From positions 39,496,001 to 39,560,000 of the forward strand of contig CM059432.1 of the NCBI GenBank assembly GCA_030390025.1: a DNA stretch of 64,000 nt, given 5' to 3'. The position numbers and the translations under genes were made by a program. The stretch is from Squalus acanthias (lineage: Eukaryota). The notes beneath the pieces are model-generated. The model made no database searches, was not told the DNA's origin, and saw nothing but the letters and a program-made list of their open reading frames with translations. The stretch's first letter is position 1. Each line of letters opens with the position of its first letter. Shown piece by piece: positions 12,554-23,899 of the stretch.

Positions 12554-13634
12554 ATGGGTGCAGTAGTATGCATCCCCCTTGGTCTGCAGCAGGGCAGGGA
12601 GAATGAGCGGAGGCAACACAGAGCAGGACAAGTTGCTAGAAGAGGCAGGAGGGGGAGAAGGTCTCTCAGCAGTAGGCCATATCCACCCAGTGTCTTCAGG
12701 GAGCAAATCTCCTACCTCAACAGTGTGTGCGACATCGCTGTTTTACTAAGGAGGTGCTCACTGAGGAGGTGCTCACTGAAATCTGCCACCAAGGTGAGGA
12801 TGGCATTGCCAGTGGTTGTAAAGGTGACTTCTTTGCTTTGGGCTCCTTCCAGGCTGGAGCAGGCGACATCTGTAACATCTCCCTGTTCGCTGTCCACTCT
12901 GTGTAAAGGAGGTATGTGGCTCTATATGCAAAGAGAACTGAGTACTTTTCATCCTCTCTTGCCAGAGAGAAGCAGGCAGAGCGAGCACGCAGCTTCGCCT
13001 AGGATAGCAGGCTTCCCCATGGTGCAGGGTGCCATTGACTGCACGTACATCGCTTTGCGGGCGCCGCATCTCAATTCGGAGATGTACTGCAACCAGAAGG
13101 GATTCCATTCCCTCCATGTCCAGCTGGTGTGCGACTATATTCAGTACATCAGGCAGGTCAATTCTCGGTATCCTGGCAGCAGTCATGGTGCCTTCATTCT
13201 GCGGCAGTCCACTGTACCATCAGCATTTGAGCCACCGCGACAAACCAGAGGGTGGCTACTGGGTGACGAGGGCTATCTGCTGATCACCTGACTCATGACT
13301 CCACTGCGCAACCCATGCACACGTGGGCACCATGCGTACAATGAGAGCCATGCTGCCACATGGAATCTGATAGAGCAGACCATTGGCGTCCTTAAACAAT
13401 GCTTCCGCTGCCTGGACTGCTCTGGAGGAGCCCTGCAGTACTCGCCAGAGCGCGTCTGAAGATTTGTCGTGGTCTGCTGCATGCTCCACAACCTCGCCAT
13501 CCAAGAGGCATACGGTGACCAGCTGAGGATGAGGAGAAGGAAGAAGAGGAGGAGGAGGAAGGGAGGAGGGAACCCAGACACCCCTTTCTGCCCGGGCTGC
13601 CCATGATCGACTCATCCAACTGTGGTACCAGTGA
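12554..13634 (+). pseudogene. HARBI1-like DDE transposase, frameshifted
   Basis: Motifs GFPMVQGAIDCT (D), WLLGDEGY (D), IEQTIGVLK (E), CCMLHN; in-frame stops and indels. Confidence 0.93.
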
Positions 13635-13798
13635 ACACAACCCCAATTCCCCATTCACCAATAGTCCCACACCTTAACTCTGTTACTGATCATCAGAGCA
13701 TCCTCTTGGCTACAATGCTACAATAAAAGCCACTACAAAAAAGTATTCCAAACCAATTTTATGAATCAAACCATTACAATATTTCATTCAAAATTCAA

Positions 13799-15528
13799 CT
13801 AATCACTCTTTTGCATTCCTTTCGTGCCTGTCTTCCATGTGCCTTTGCCTGCTCTAGTGCTCCTACGCAGTGCTACCCCAGTGGCTGCAGCATGGCTGGT
13901 GGAAGGCTGCTGACTTTTAGTGGAGGAGCCTGCAGATGACCTTGCAGGACGACCTCGAGCAGCTCTGGGCCTAGTAGGCCCAGCTTCGGACTGCACCACC
14001 TCGGCATGGGCGACAGCAGTCTGGGCTGGCTGGCTGACGGGCAACAGCAAGGGCACTAGCAGAGTGGCAGTAGTGGGAGGAAAAATGCTGTCATCCTGAG
14101 AGAGGACAGAAGGTTTGTCCTCCACGAATCCACTGTCACTCCCCCAGGGAGGACAGATTGCTGGACTGCTGTGACACCCTGCAAGCTCTTTTCAACACTG
14201 CAAACTGCAGCCATGATGACAGCAGTCTGAGCTTGTGTGGCAGCAAGCTGAGCTTGCATGACTTCAGTCTGAGCTTCCATTGCAGCACTCAGACATTGGA
14301 TGGCTTCTGCATGTGCTGCAATGGAAGCTGCATGATGGTTGGGTCCACAAGTGCGCTAATGGATCTGCCCAGTCCTTCCATGCTGGAAAAGATTGGCTCT
14401 AAGCTCTGCGCAAAGCCCTATGCAAGGTTAGAGCTGGACTCTTCCATGCTCCTTGACATTGCATTCAGGCTCTCTGGCAGGCCTGCCAATGCACCAAGCA
14501 TTTTGTTCTGCATGCCCATCAACTTTATTCTGTAGGTTGCCACATCAAAGTCCTCATCTGAGTCCTGTGCAGCATAACTCATGTGCGACCTCATCCTCTG
14601 GGGAGCTGGCACCTGCGCTACCCTTTCCCCCTGCCCTGGCTGCAGCCCGCTCATGTCCGGTGTCTCACCATGTGCAGTCCTGCCTTTAAGCAACCCTCTA
14701 TAGTCCACGCAGTGCCAGTATCTGAGCTGGTGGCTATATGTGTCAGATCGAGTGACAGTGTTTCTTCTTCATCATCATTCTCCTCTACCTTTTCCTCTTC
14801 TACCACTGCCTGGCCAGTTTGGATTTCTTGAAATGAGAAAGGCACAATGGTGGGGGGGTGGGGGGCGGGGGTGCGGGGAAAGCAAGAGGTGGATGCTTAT
14901 ACCATCTGCAGCTTGTAAGTTACAAGAGTTTGTGGGATGAGGGGGAATTGGGATGTGAGAAGAAGGATTAGGTATGAGCATACCATCATGTTCAATGGTT
15001 TCAGTGCTGCCGCTGGCCATGGCCTCAGTCACAGCAATTCCAATTATACCAAGCACCATCTCCTTGAGTGGGGTCAGGATATGGAGGTGTGCAAGCTGTG
15101 AGATGTGGGTATGAGGCTTGCAGCAGTGGTAAGTGTGTGAGGGTGAGATGGAGCATATGAATGTGAGGTATGAATCATGATTGATAGAGATTGTTGGTAG
15201 GTGAGTAATGAGGGGTGGTGAATTGAGCAGTGTGTGAGGCTAGTGGTGCAGTTTGTGGGATAAGACATTTGAAGATGAATTCACTGACCTTGACCAGTCG
15301 TGTGAGATCATTGAACTTCTTCCGGCTCTGCATCCAGGTCCTCGGGGCAACACTATTGGCATTGACCGCCATGGCTATCTGCTCCCACTGTCTTTGCAGT
15401 GTCTGTATGGCGGGCCTTCTGGCCCCCTGTGGAAACAACTCCTCTCTTCTCCTCGCCACCTCCTGTACAAAGGCCACCAGTGTTGCATCTGAGAACCTTG
15501 GAGTCCTCTCTCTGGCCTGTTGTGCCAT
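13799..15528 (-). pseudogene. Harbinger Myb/SANT-like DNA-binding protein (spliced)
   Basis: MAQQARERTPRFSD...WEQIAMAVNA...RTWMQSRKKFNDL; donor after 15289; acidic and coiled-coil-like C-terminus in ORFs 13799-14845. Confidence 0.88.
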
Positions 15529-15755
15529 TGCTGAATGTTTCCCCATTGAAACAGCCTCTGAATGACTTCCAGCACCTGGTCTTTTCAAACTGAACCTCCT
15601 CTTTATGAGGTGCAGGCTGGCTTTAAGAAGTGCGGGCTAGCTTTAATTGATGTCAGCCGCGCATGAACTTGGGCCCTTTGCAGAACGTGTAGTCACTAAC
15701 CAGCACATTTAGCGTTGGGCTGCATGCCACTATCATTTAAATTAGCAGGCAGCAC

Positions 15756-16967
15756 TGTAGAGATTCACGTATCTCTGGTAAACAGGATCGAGTGCAAACC
15801 AATATGGTGGGTATATTGTATTTAATCGGAGTTTAGGATGGAATATAACACACTAGTTATATAGCAAAAACATACGACCGTGACAAGTAGCTGGTACCGG
15901 ACCCGATCGGACAACTCTTCTTATTTGTCCTCCTTCTTGTCTCACGTGTCTCTCTTTCTCTTTCTCTGAACTACCCAAGAATGTTAGACTGGGGTCCACA
16001 TGGGTCCACTCTCTGAAGAGTGTTAGGCCCCTCGCTCCACGGTCTGAGCTAAGAGTTCTTTAGCTCTTCCTTTTATTCTCTTTTTAGGGGTGGGCCTGAG
16101 GTAGAATAATGGACAAGACTATTTAACCTATAGAGGTTCCCCTTAAAACAAGGTGCCCAATGGCATGTCGAGTTCTTTGTCTAAACTTACCAATGAAGAC
16201 CCTCCCTCAAGGGGTCTTCACAGCCATTACACATGCTTCCTATACTTGACCAATCATGGCCTTACAGCATGTTGAGGACTGTCTTCCCTTATCTCATCCG
16301 GCCCTTTCCTTCCAAAGCAATAGTCTCTTATCTCATCCTGTCTCGTCCCCCCTGGTGCAGCCAGTGCGTGTACCAGGCACAGCTTTGGGCCATTAAATCA
16401 GAGGCCCAGAGCTGTCTTACTCAACCAGCCGCCATCCAAACTATCTCCCCTTAGTCTAACAGACTATTCCATCCTGAGATGGTACCTTAACTCCCATAAA
16501 TTCCTTCTATTCTAAGTCTTTTATACTAATTAACTTTTAATTATCTTCGCAAGCAGTTCTGTTAAACAAACAACAAATTCTACCTTAGCATTATAATATG
16601 GTTATTAGTAATAATGGAAGAAACATAGGTTGGGCCTTCATTGACCAAATTAAAAATACATTAACAAAGTCAAAACCCTAACTTACAAACAACAGACAGC
16701 TAGCCTGGCAGGGCAAGGCCACGCTGTGGGCCCCTGTGTGGGATGTTATGCCTCATCTAATCTAACTACCTGAAGACATTTTGTCTCAAAGTCTAATACA
16801 AGTCTCCAGGAAAATGAAACTTACACAGTTCCAGTAAGACACAACTTATACATTAACCCCTTGCTTGTCTCGAGCAGAAACATACAATCGTTTAAACACA
16901 GTATTATTCACATTACAGTTTAATTCGCATAACCATATATATTTTTAGGCACCCCTAGTTTCTAATA
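15756..16967 (-). mobile_element. Probable solo LTR inserted in Harbinger copy A
   Basis: ~1.2 kb unrelated to other Harbinger copies; termini TGTAGAGA...TTTCTAATA; flanks GCAC/GCTC; ATTAAA ~65 nt from the minus-strand 3' CA end; no long ORF. Confidence 0.6.
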
Positions 16968-17589
16968 GCTCCAAGTTTGCATGCTACCTGCATTACTTTG
17001 AATGGGCACAGGGGCTATCGAATTTTTAGCCCGAAATAACTACAATAGTAAACTCGTAGGGATGATTATTCTAAACACACATCTAAGGAGATGGCCACGT
17101 CTAAGGATGCTGCTTCTAATATGTTCTCATCAAAACCTCAGTGGCCCTCATAATTATTACTTCATGATTTTAATCTATATGAGCTATTAAATAATCTGAC
17201 TTGCAGCAGAACGACTGGTTCAGAACAAGGCTATATTTCACAACCATAACACAGTCACCACGAATCCCTATTATCTTCTATCAAACTTCAAAGGATACAA
17301 GTATTTTCCTCGAGTATTGTTCTGTAAAATATATCCCTTTGTTTTTACTAGGTTAAAGATTTTGGAGGTTCAAAAAAAAATCCTTTTTTTTAACCTTGTA
17401 ATGGCTGGCCTTCCAATCAGAGCTACTGATTTCGCACTATTTCTAAGAAGAGTGTTGAGAGGTGATTATTGGTTGTTTTTTGTGGTGCAGCCTTGATTGC
17501 TGTGAGGCAGAGTTGAGTTTTGAAGCTTCTTAAATTGATGTAAAAATTATGTGCAAATTTTAAAAGTTTTTCCTTCCAATCTTTAATAC

Positions 17590-18330
17590 TAATATGTAAT
17601 AGTTAACTGCATTGAATTTCAATTGCTATAATTCTGTCCACTTTCAAATTTTTTCTAGGTCCTTCTGTAGTTCTTTGGGGCCTCGGTGCTGACCTCTGGG
17701 GTCCTCCACTCAACACATCTCCGCAGCCTGGCATCACTTCCTCGTTAGTACCTGCAGTCTGCTCTCTTTTAGTCAATTCTTTATCCACATCCAGGTTTTA
17801 CCTAGAATATCCACTCCCTTTAGCTTGTGTAGCAACATTTTTGCAGGATTTTATCAAAGGCTGTCTGGGAGACCATCACATCAAACTTGTGTCTTCTAGT
17901 TCTGCAGTCATCACTTTAAGTTAAAGGTCATTTATGTAAGTGGAACTGGAGTCCTTCTGCCCTTCTAATTTAATTGTCTGATGACCTCTCGGTGTTCCTG
18001 TTACAAGTTCAAAAGGAGTGCTGCACACAATTGAATAAAGCAAAACCAGGTTACATTTTTGGGTCTTTTTTTAATCTTATTCCAGATATTTTCAGTTTCA
18101 TGGGCAAGTCCCAATTCCTCATACCTTCAAGAATGTCTTCCCTTGCCTTGGGATCTAGGTAAGCTTTTAGTAACAGGCCTGATAACTGAACAAGAAATCT
18201 TGTCTGGTGATTGCTTTTAGCTACTGGATTTGCCCTGAGCTCCCCTAAGTTCTCACTCCAGTCTTTGAAAATGGTAGACTATCACATCAGATTTTGTATT
18301 AAGTTTAAAATATCAAGCACATTTACTGAG
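17590..18330 (-). mobile_element. Very old CR1 RT remnant
   Basis: Minus-strand VLSGGPQRSAPRP resembles the RT motif V.SGVPQGSVLGP; otherwise decayed. Confidence 0.5.
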
Positions 18331-19449
18331 AAACGTTTGCAGTACATATTTCAGACTAACAAGGCTTCTGATTTAAATACACCATTGTAGGAGATGTTTG
18401 CCTTTCATGCTAATGAACAAGTCAGCTGTTACCCAGTACTTGTTGATGCTTTAAACAACATATATTTTGAACTTCTCCTAGACCAAAATCCCATTGATGG
18501 TATAGCCATTTAGGATTTAATGCATTTGTCTGTAAGCTCACATACTTTGACACTTGCCAACAATTAAAAAACATTCTGACTGGCAGTGGTTTGAATCTAC
18601 AAATAAAATACCCATTGTCCTTCAAAGGGTCATTCATTTTATTAGCACCTACAACCAAGCTTCTGAATCCTGGCTAATCTATGGACCAAAGAGCCTTCCT
18701 GCAATTTGTAGATTACATTTTGAAGTTAGTTAGAGAAGTATGGCTTCCATTTCAACTCAAGTTATTTCTGAAATATATTTACTGTGTATCTATGATCACA
18801 CAAAATATTGCAGAAGCCTTCTAACACGGGTGTTAGTATTTGCCCTATTTGTTTTTTACATGATCTAACTAGTCAATATTCATAGATGCTATTCTGAATG
18901 TTAGCCACTGCAAGAAATGTTTTTTTTTTCAGTTGTTAATGTGAATGAAAAGGTCGGTGCAAGTACAAACTAGGTTTCCCTTTTTATACCCACACCAAAT
19001 TTTCCACTCAAATTAGTGCCTGGAGGAACATCTAGCCATAAATATGTTGACGTTCCTTAAATTAACATAGATGTTTACAGCACAGGAGGTCATTCTGCCC
19101 GTTATGTCTGTGCTGGCACTTCGCTAGAATCTTAGACTGCAAACTTTTCTATAATACTTCCTATCCATTAACTATACCTACTTTGGACTACCTGTTACAG
19201 TAAGTTTAGATTAAAACCATGACAACTTACATATTTTCGGAAAGGGCTAAATCAAGAACTTTGAATATGCGCTGTGTGCTAAATCCATCTTAATCCAGTA
19301 AAATATATCAAAATGTAAAAATGCGATAAATTCTGCAGTAATAAATAAATAGAATAAATTTTTGTACGATGATACAGGTAACCTATAAGTAAAGTTGTTA
19401 ATCATGCAGTACAGTACAACTAACACCACAAAAAATATACTGTGAGAAG

Positions 19450-19560
19450 TGATTCATGCTGTAGTATTGTTCCATAGGCATCAGCAGTACCTTACCCAAG
19501 TAGACATTCTTCATGTGTGAGCTCAGGCTGTGTCAGTCTGTGACATGTGTCAGTCTTGGA
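19450..19560 (-). mobile_element. 3' fragment of an unclassified SINE-like repeat
   Basis: CCCAAGTAGACATTCTTCATGTGTGAGC is the reverse complement of motifs at 28645-28672 and 34146-34172. Confidence 0.5.
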
Positions 19561-19893
19561 CTGCTTGAGTTTGTCCTCCAAGGCCATCTACAGTCTATTC
19601 CACTGAAAATCACCAGCCTTCCACCAGCTATGCTGCAGCCACTGGGGTAGCACTGCGTAGAAGCAGTAGGACAGGCAAAGGTACACAGAAGACAGGCACT
19701 AAGGGAATGCACAAGGATGATTAGTTTACATTTGTATCCAATATGGCATGATTTCATTTATAAATTTGGTTTGGAATGTTTATTTTGTGTTGGCTTTTAT
19801 TTTTGCATTGTGGCCAAGTGGACCTTGTGATGGTCAGTGACAGAGGGAAGTTAAGGTGTGGGACTGTTGGTGAATGTGGAATTGGGGTTACAT

Positions 19894-19967
19894 TTACTGG
19901 TATCGTAGCCGGATGAGTCGGTCACGAATAGCCTGGCCAGAAAGGGCCTGTCTGGGTTGCCTCCTCA

Positions 19968-20000
<33 letters not shown>

Positions 20001-21647
20001 GCTCCTTCTCCTGCTTGTCAGCTGGTCACCGTCTTCTTCTCTTAGGCAGTCCCTCAGAACCGAGGATGACTTGCTTCCACATTAAAAATGAGTTCTCAGG
20101 TGACTGATGAGTCCAATGCAGGACCTACGGTCTCTGTCACAGGTGGGGCAGACGGTAGTTGAAGGGGCAGGTGGGTGGGGTGCTTGGGTTGACGTACGCT
20201 TCTTGCGCTGCTTGCTCTTGGCTTCCGCTTGCTCCCGACAAGAGACCCGAGGTGTTCGGCGCCTTCCCGGATGCTTCTCCTCCGTTTTGTGCGGTCTTGG
20301 GCCAGGGATTCCCAGGTGTCGGTGGGAATGTTGCACTTTTTCAAGGAGGCTTTGAGGGTGTCCTTGAAGCGTTTCCTCTGCCCACCTGGGGCTCTCTTGC
20401 CGTGTCGGAGCTCCGAGTAGAGCGCTTGTTTTGGGAGTCTCGTATCGGGCATGCGGACGATGTGGCCCGTCCATCGGAGCTGATCGAGCGTGGTCAAAGC
20501 TTCGATGCTGGGGATGTTGGCCTGAGCGAGAACACTGACATTGGTGCGCCTATCCTGCCAATGGATTTGCAGGATCTTGCGGAGGCAGCGTTGGTGGTAC
20601 CTCTCCAGTGCTTTGAGGTGCCTGCTGTACATGGTCCATGACTGGTGGCAAGGGCTGTGCCCTCACAATGGCGAGATTGTGCAGCATGCACCAGACCACC
20701 ACGAATCTCAATACCCGCTTTGCTGAGTACTCCAGGGCTCCTCCAGCACGGTCCAGGCAGTGGAAGCGTTGCTCCAGCACACCAATGGCATGCTCAATGA
20801 TGTTTCATGTGGCAGCATGGCTTTCCTGTATGAATGCTGCCCACGTGTGCGTGGGTTGCGCACCAGAGTCATGAGCCATGTTGTTTATGGATAGCCCTTG
20901 TCTCCCAGTAGCCACCCTCTGGTTTGGCGGGTGGTTCAAATGCAGATGGTACAGTGGACTGCCGCAGAATGAAGGCATCCTGACTGCTGCCAGGATATCG
21001 GGCATTGACCTGCATGATTTGCTGAGTATGGTCGCATACCAACTGAACATTGAGGAACTGGAATCCCTTTCGATTGCGGTACATCTCAGAGTTGAGATGC
21101 GGCGCCCGCAAAGTGGTATGCGTGCAGTCGATGGCACCCTGCACCATGGGAAAGCTTGCACTTCTCGCGAAGCTTCATGCTTGCTCCGCGTACTCCTCCC
21201 TGGCCAGAGAGAAGGTAATGTGTTCAGCTCTCTTGGAATACAGAGCCTCAGTTACCTCCCTTAAGCAACAATGCACGGCAAACTGGGAGATGTTGCAAAT
21301 ATCTCCTGCTCCAGCCTGGAAGGAGCCCAACACGTAAAAGTTCATGGCCAACATAACCATCACAGCCACTGGCAATGCAGTCCTCGCCTTGCTCTAAGGT
21401 TGGAGTTGTGGCTGCAGCAGGTGGCAGATTTCAGTGAGGATGTCCTTGGTGAAGCACTGACCTCTGACACACTGTTCAGGTAGGAGTATTGCTCCCTGAA
21501 CACCCTGGGTGAATATGGCCTCCTGCTGAGAGCTCTTCTCCCCCTCCTCATCCTCCCACTGCCAGCAGCTTGTCCTGCTCTGTGTTGCCTCTGCTCATTC
21601 TCCCTGCCATCCTGTAGGCCAAGTGGAACGCCTACTACTGCACCCAT
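19894..21647 (-). pseudogene. HARBI1-like transposase interrupted by an RTE
   Basis: MGAVVGVPLG..., NFYVLGSFQAGAGDICNISQ, VQGAIDCTH, LNVQLVCDH, MLEQRFHCLD, WCMLHNLAI. Confidence 0.92.
20032..20638 (-). mobile_element. RTE-clade LINE, 3' ~600 bp
   Basis: QLRWTGHIVRMPDTRLPKQALYSEL..GKR..GGQRKRFKD, C-terminal CPTC..H..H motif, short GAA-rich tail. Confidence 0.92.
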
Positions 21648-22122
21648 GTCTGGGAGCAAGTGGTCTGTGCAGAATCCTTGAAGTCAGGACAAAGTCCTTC
21701 AGCACCTGCCACACCACTCCCTGTAGACTTTAGCAACTTTAAAGAACTCTAGAAATCACCAAACTCTTCAACAAACTTAGCAACAGCCAGTAGAAATCAG
21801 TCAGCAACTAACTTGTAAGTAGTTGACAATCCATTTAAATAGCACGGGTGAAGGGGTCCTTCTGCTGTCCCCCAACCCCCTCCTCCTCCCCGCCTCTACC
21901 ACCATCCTCACCCCTAGCATGACAAAGGGAATTGACAGAATAATGAAATAATGACATCATCTGTCCAAAATTCAGTCATTTGTGCCTCCTAGGTTCCCTG
22001 AATAAAGCAGCTGTGCTTACCAGGACCAGCTGATCGAGGCAGAAAGTCTTTTTTAAAGAGATGTTCAGATCATCGTTAGAAACTGTTGCCCATATCTTTG
22101 GAATTCCTTGGTCAAATTACAA

Positions 22123-23700
22123 GGGGGAAAAACTTGTGGCCGCCACAAGTGTTGCCGGTGTCTCGGGATAACGGCCGCCGAAAATGGACGAAGCGCTACC
22201 CGAGAAAAATTTGCGCTGGGGAATAAAGACTTTTAGCCCAGTGCTAACTTACTGTGTCACGCCCTCCTGGTGGCATTAGCGCAGGTGTGGAACTCGAAGT
22301 TCCCGTCCTGAAGTGGCGTTCCAGCTTCTAACAGCCTCTGGGAGCGAGGCTGTGGAGTTCGCAAGGATTGTGAGCAATTAAAAGGGCTACGAATAAAAGG
22401 GGCAATGCGTTCAGAACTAATAAAAATTACAATGCAGTGAAAAAATGCTGGTTTCAGCCCTTACTGTCTTTTTAAAAAAAATTCACATTAAAAAGAAGTC
22501 CCAAATGGGAGTCTTCAGCATTTAAAGCTGAATTCCCTTCCTAACCTCAGAAAATGGGAAACGTGCTTCAGCACTAACAAAAATGGCTCAGCAAGCCAGG
22601 GAAGGGGCACCCAGGGTCTCGCACGCAGCACTCCAGCTTTGTGCAGGGGGTCAACACTGCAAGAGAGGTCCTCTACCCACAGGCCCTCCAGAAAGAACAA
22701 TGTGGGACCACATCACTGAGGCCGTCACTGCTAGCAGTGTCGCCCCCACCACCTGGCTCCAGTGCCCAAAGAAGCTTCATGACCTCAGACCACTGGTCAA
22801 GGTAAGAGAATGCACCTTCAAAAGCCATCTCTTACCAACTGAACCACTAGCCTCACATATTGCTCAATGCACGACTCCCACCACTCCAATCACTCACCTA
22901 CCAACAATCTGTACCAATCACGAGGCACATCTCCCATTCCTAGCCTCACCTCACCCCCTTGGAGGAGATGGTGCAGACCATTATTGGCAGGAGCATGTCT
23001 GAGCCCTTGGCCAGCGGTGGGGCTGAAAGGATACAACATGCTGGTATCTTCCTACGTTATCCTCCTTCTGGCATGCACCTCTTGCTTACCCACCCTCCCT
23101 CACCACAACTCCACCCTTGTACCTTCCTCATTTCACACACCCAAGAAATTCAGCCTGCCTAGCCAGTGGTTGGCCAAGAAGAGGGAGAGGAGAGTGAAGA
23201 AGAAGAAGAAGAAACACTGTACTTGATTTGACACTCCCAGCCACCAGCTCCTCAAGGTCGACCAGCAAGGCCATTTACAGTGTCCCCCACTGAAAGTCAG
23301 CAGCCTTCCACCAGCCACGCTGCAGCCACTGGGGTAGCACTGCGTGACATCACTAGGATAGGCAAAGGCACACACAAGACAGTCACTAAGAGAATGCGTA
23401 AGGGTGATGAGTTGATTTCTTGATCTCATATTGGATAGATAGATGTATAAAGTTGGATTGGAAAGTTTCCTTTGTGGTGGCTTTTATTTCAGCATTGTGA
23501 CCGAGAGGATGCTGTGATGGTCAGTAACAGAGGAAAGGTAAGGTGTGGGACTAATGTTGAATGGGGTAATGAGGTTGTGGTCACTGGTACCACAGGCGGA
23601 TGACTCCATCCTGGATATCCCTGCCAGAAAGGGGCTGTCTGGGTTGCATCCTTCCTTCTGCTTCCTCCTCTTCTGCTTTACACCTGCAGGAGGAAGATGA
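22123..23700 (+). mobile_element. Harbinger copy C (internally deleted): Myb gene 22583-23410 plus transposase 3' tip
   Basis: GGGGGAAAAACTT terminus; MAQQAREGAPR...WDHITEAV...WLQCPKKLHDL then GTAAG donor; spacer and minus-strand ...VIRLWYQ* as in copy A. Confidence 0.82.
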
Positions 23701-23899
23701 GTCAGAGGAGAAAGAGAGGATGCAAAGGGAAACCCAGTGTATATCGTATCCTAGTATCCTGTCACCAGGATTTATACACCCGCCATAAGCTCTTTCCATA
23801 ACATCAGCCAGGGTCTATGCATGACTGATTTGGACAGCTCCATATTAGGTAAGATGGATGAAGATTTTTCTGGAGCTGCAACTCATTCCCTGCTTGAAA

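Larger units (their letters stand above)
12018..17032 (+). mobile_element. PIF/Harbinger transposon copy A (both ends, defective, with internal insertion)
   Basis: Imperfect TIRs GGGCTAAAACGTCGG..GCCCATT / AATGGGC..CGAATTTTTAGCCC; flanks TAA/GAA; convergent transposase and Myb genes. Confidence 0.9.
19568..21870 (-). mobile_element. Harbinger copy B (truncated; close relative of copy A)
   Basis: High similarity to 12340-13960 in reverse orientation: transposase, spacer and Myb 3' end. Confidence 0.9.

Noticed and set aside
12749..12779. Tandem duplication GAGGTGCTCACTGAG
   Set aside because: Local ~15-bp slippage inside a dead transposase; not an array
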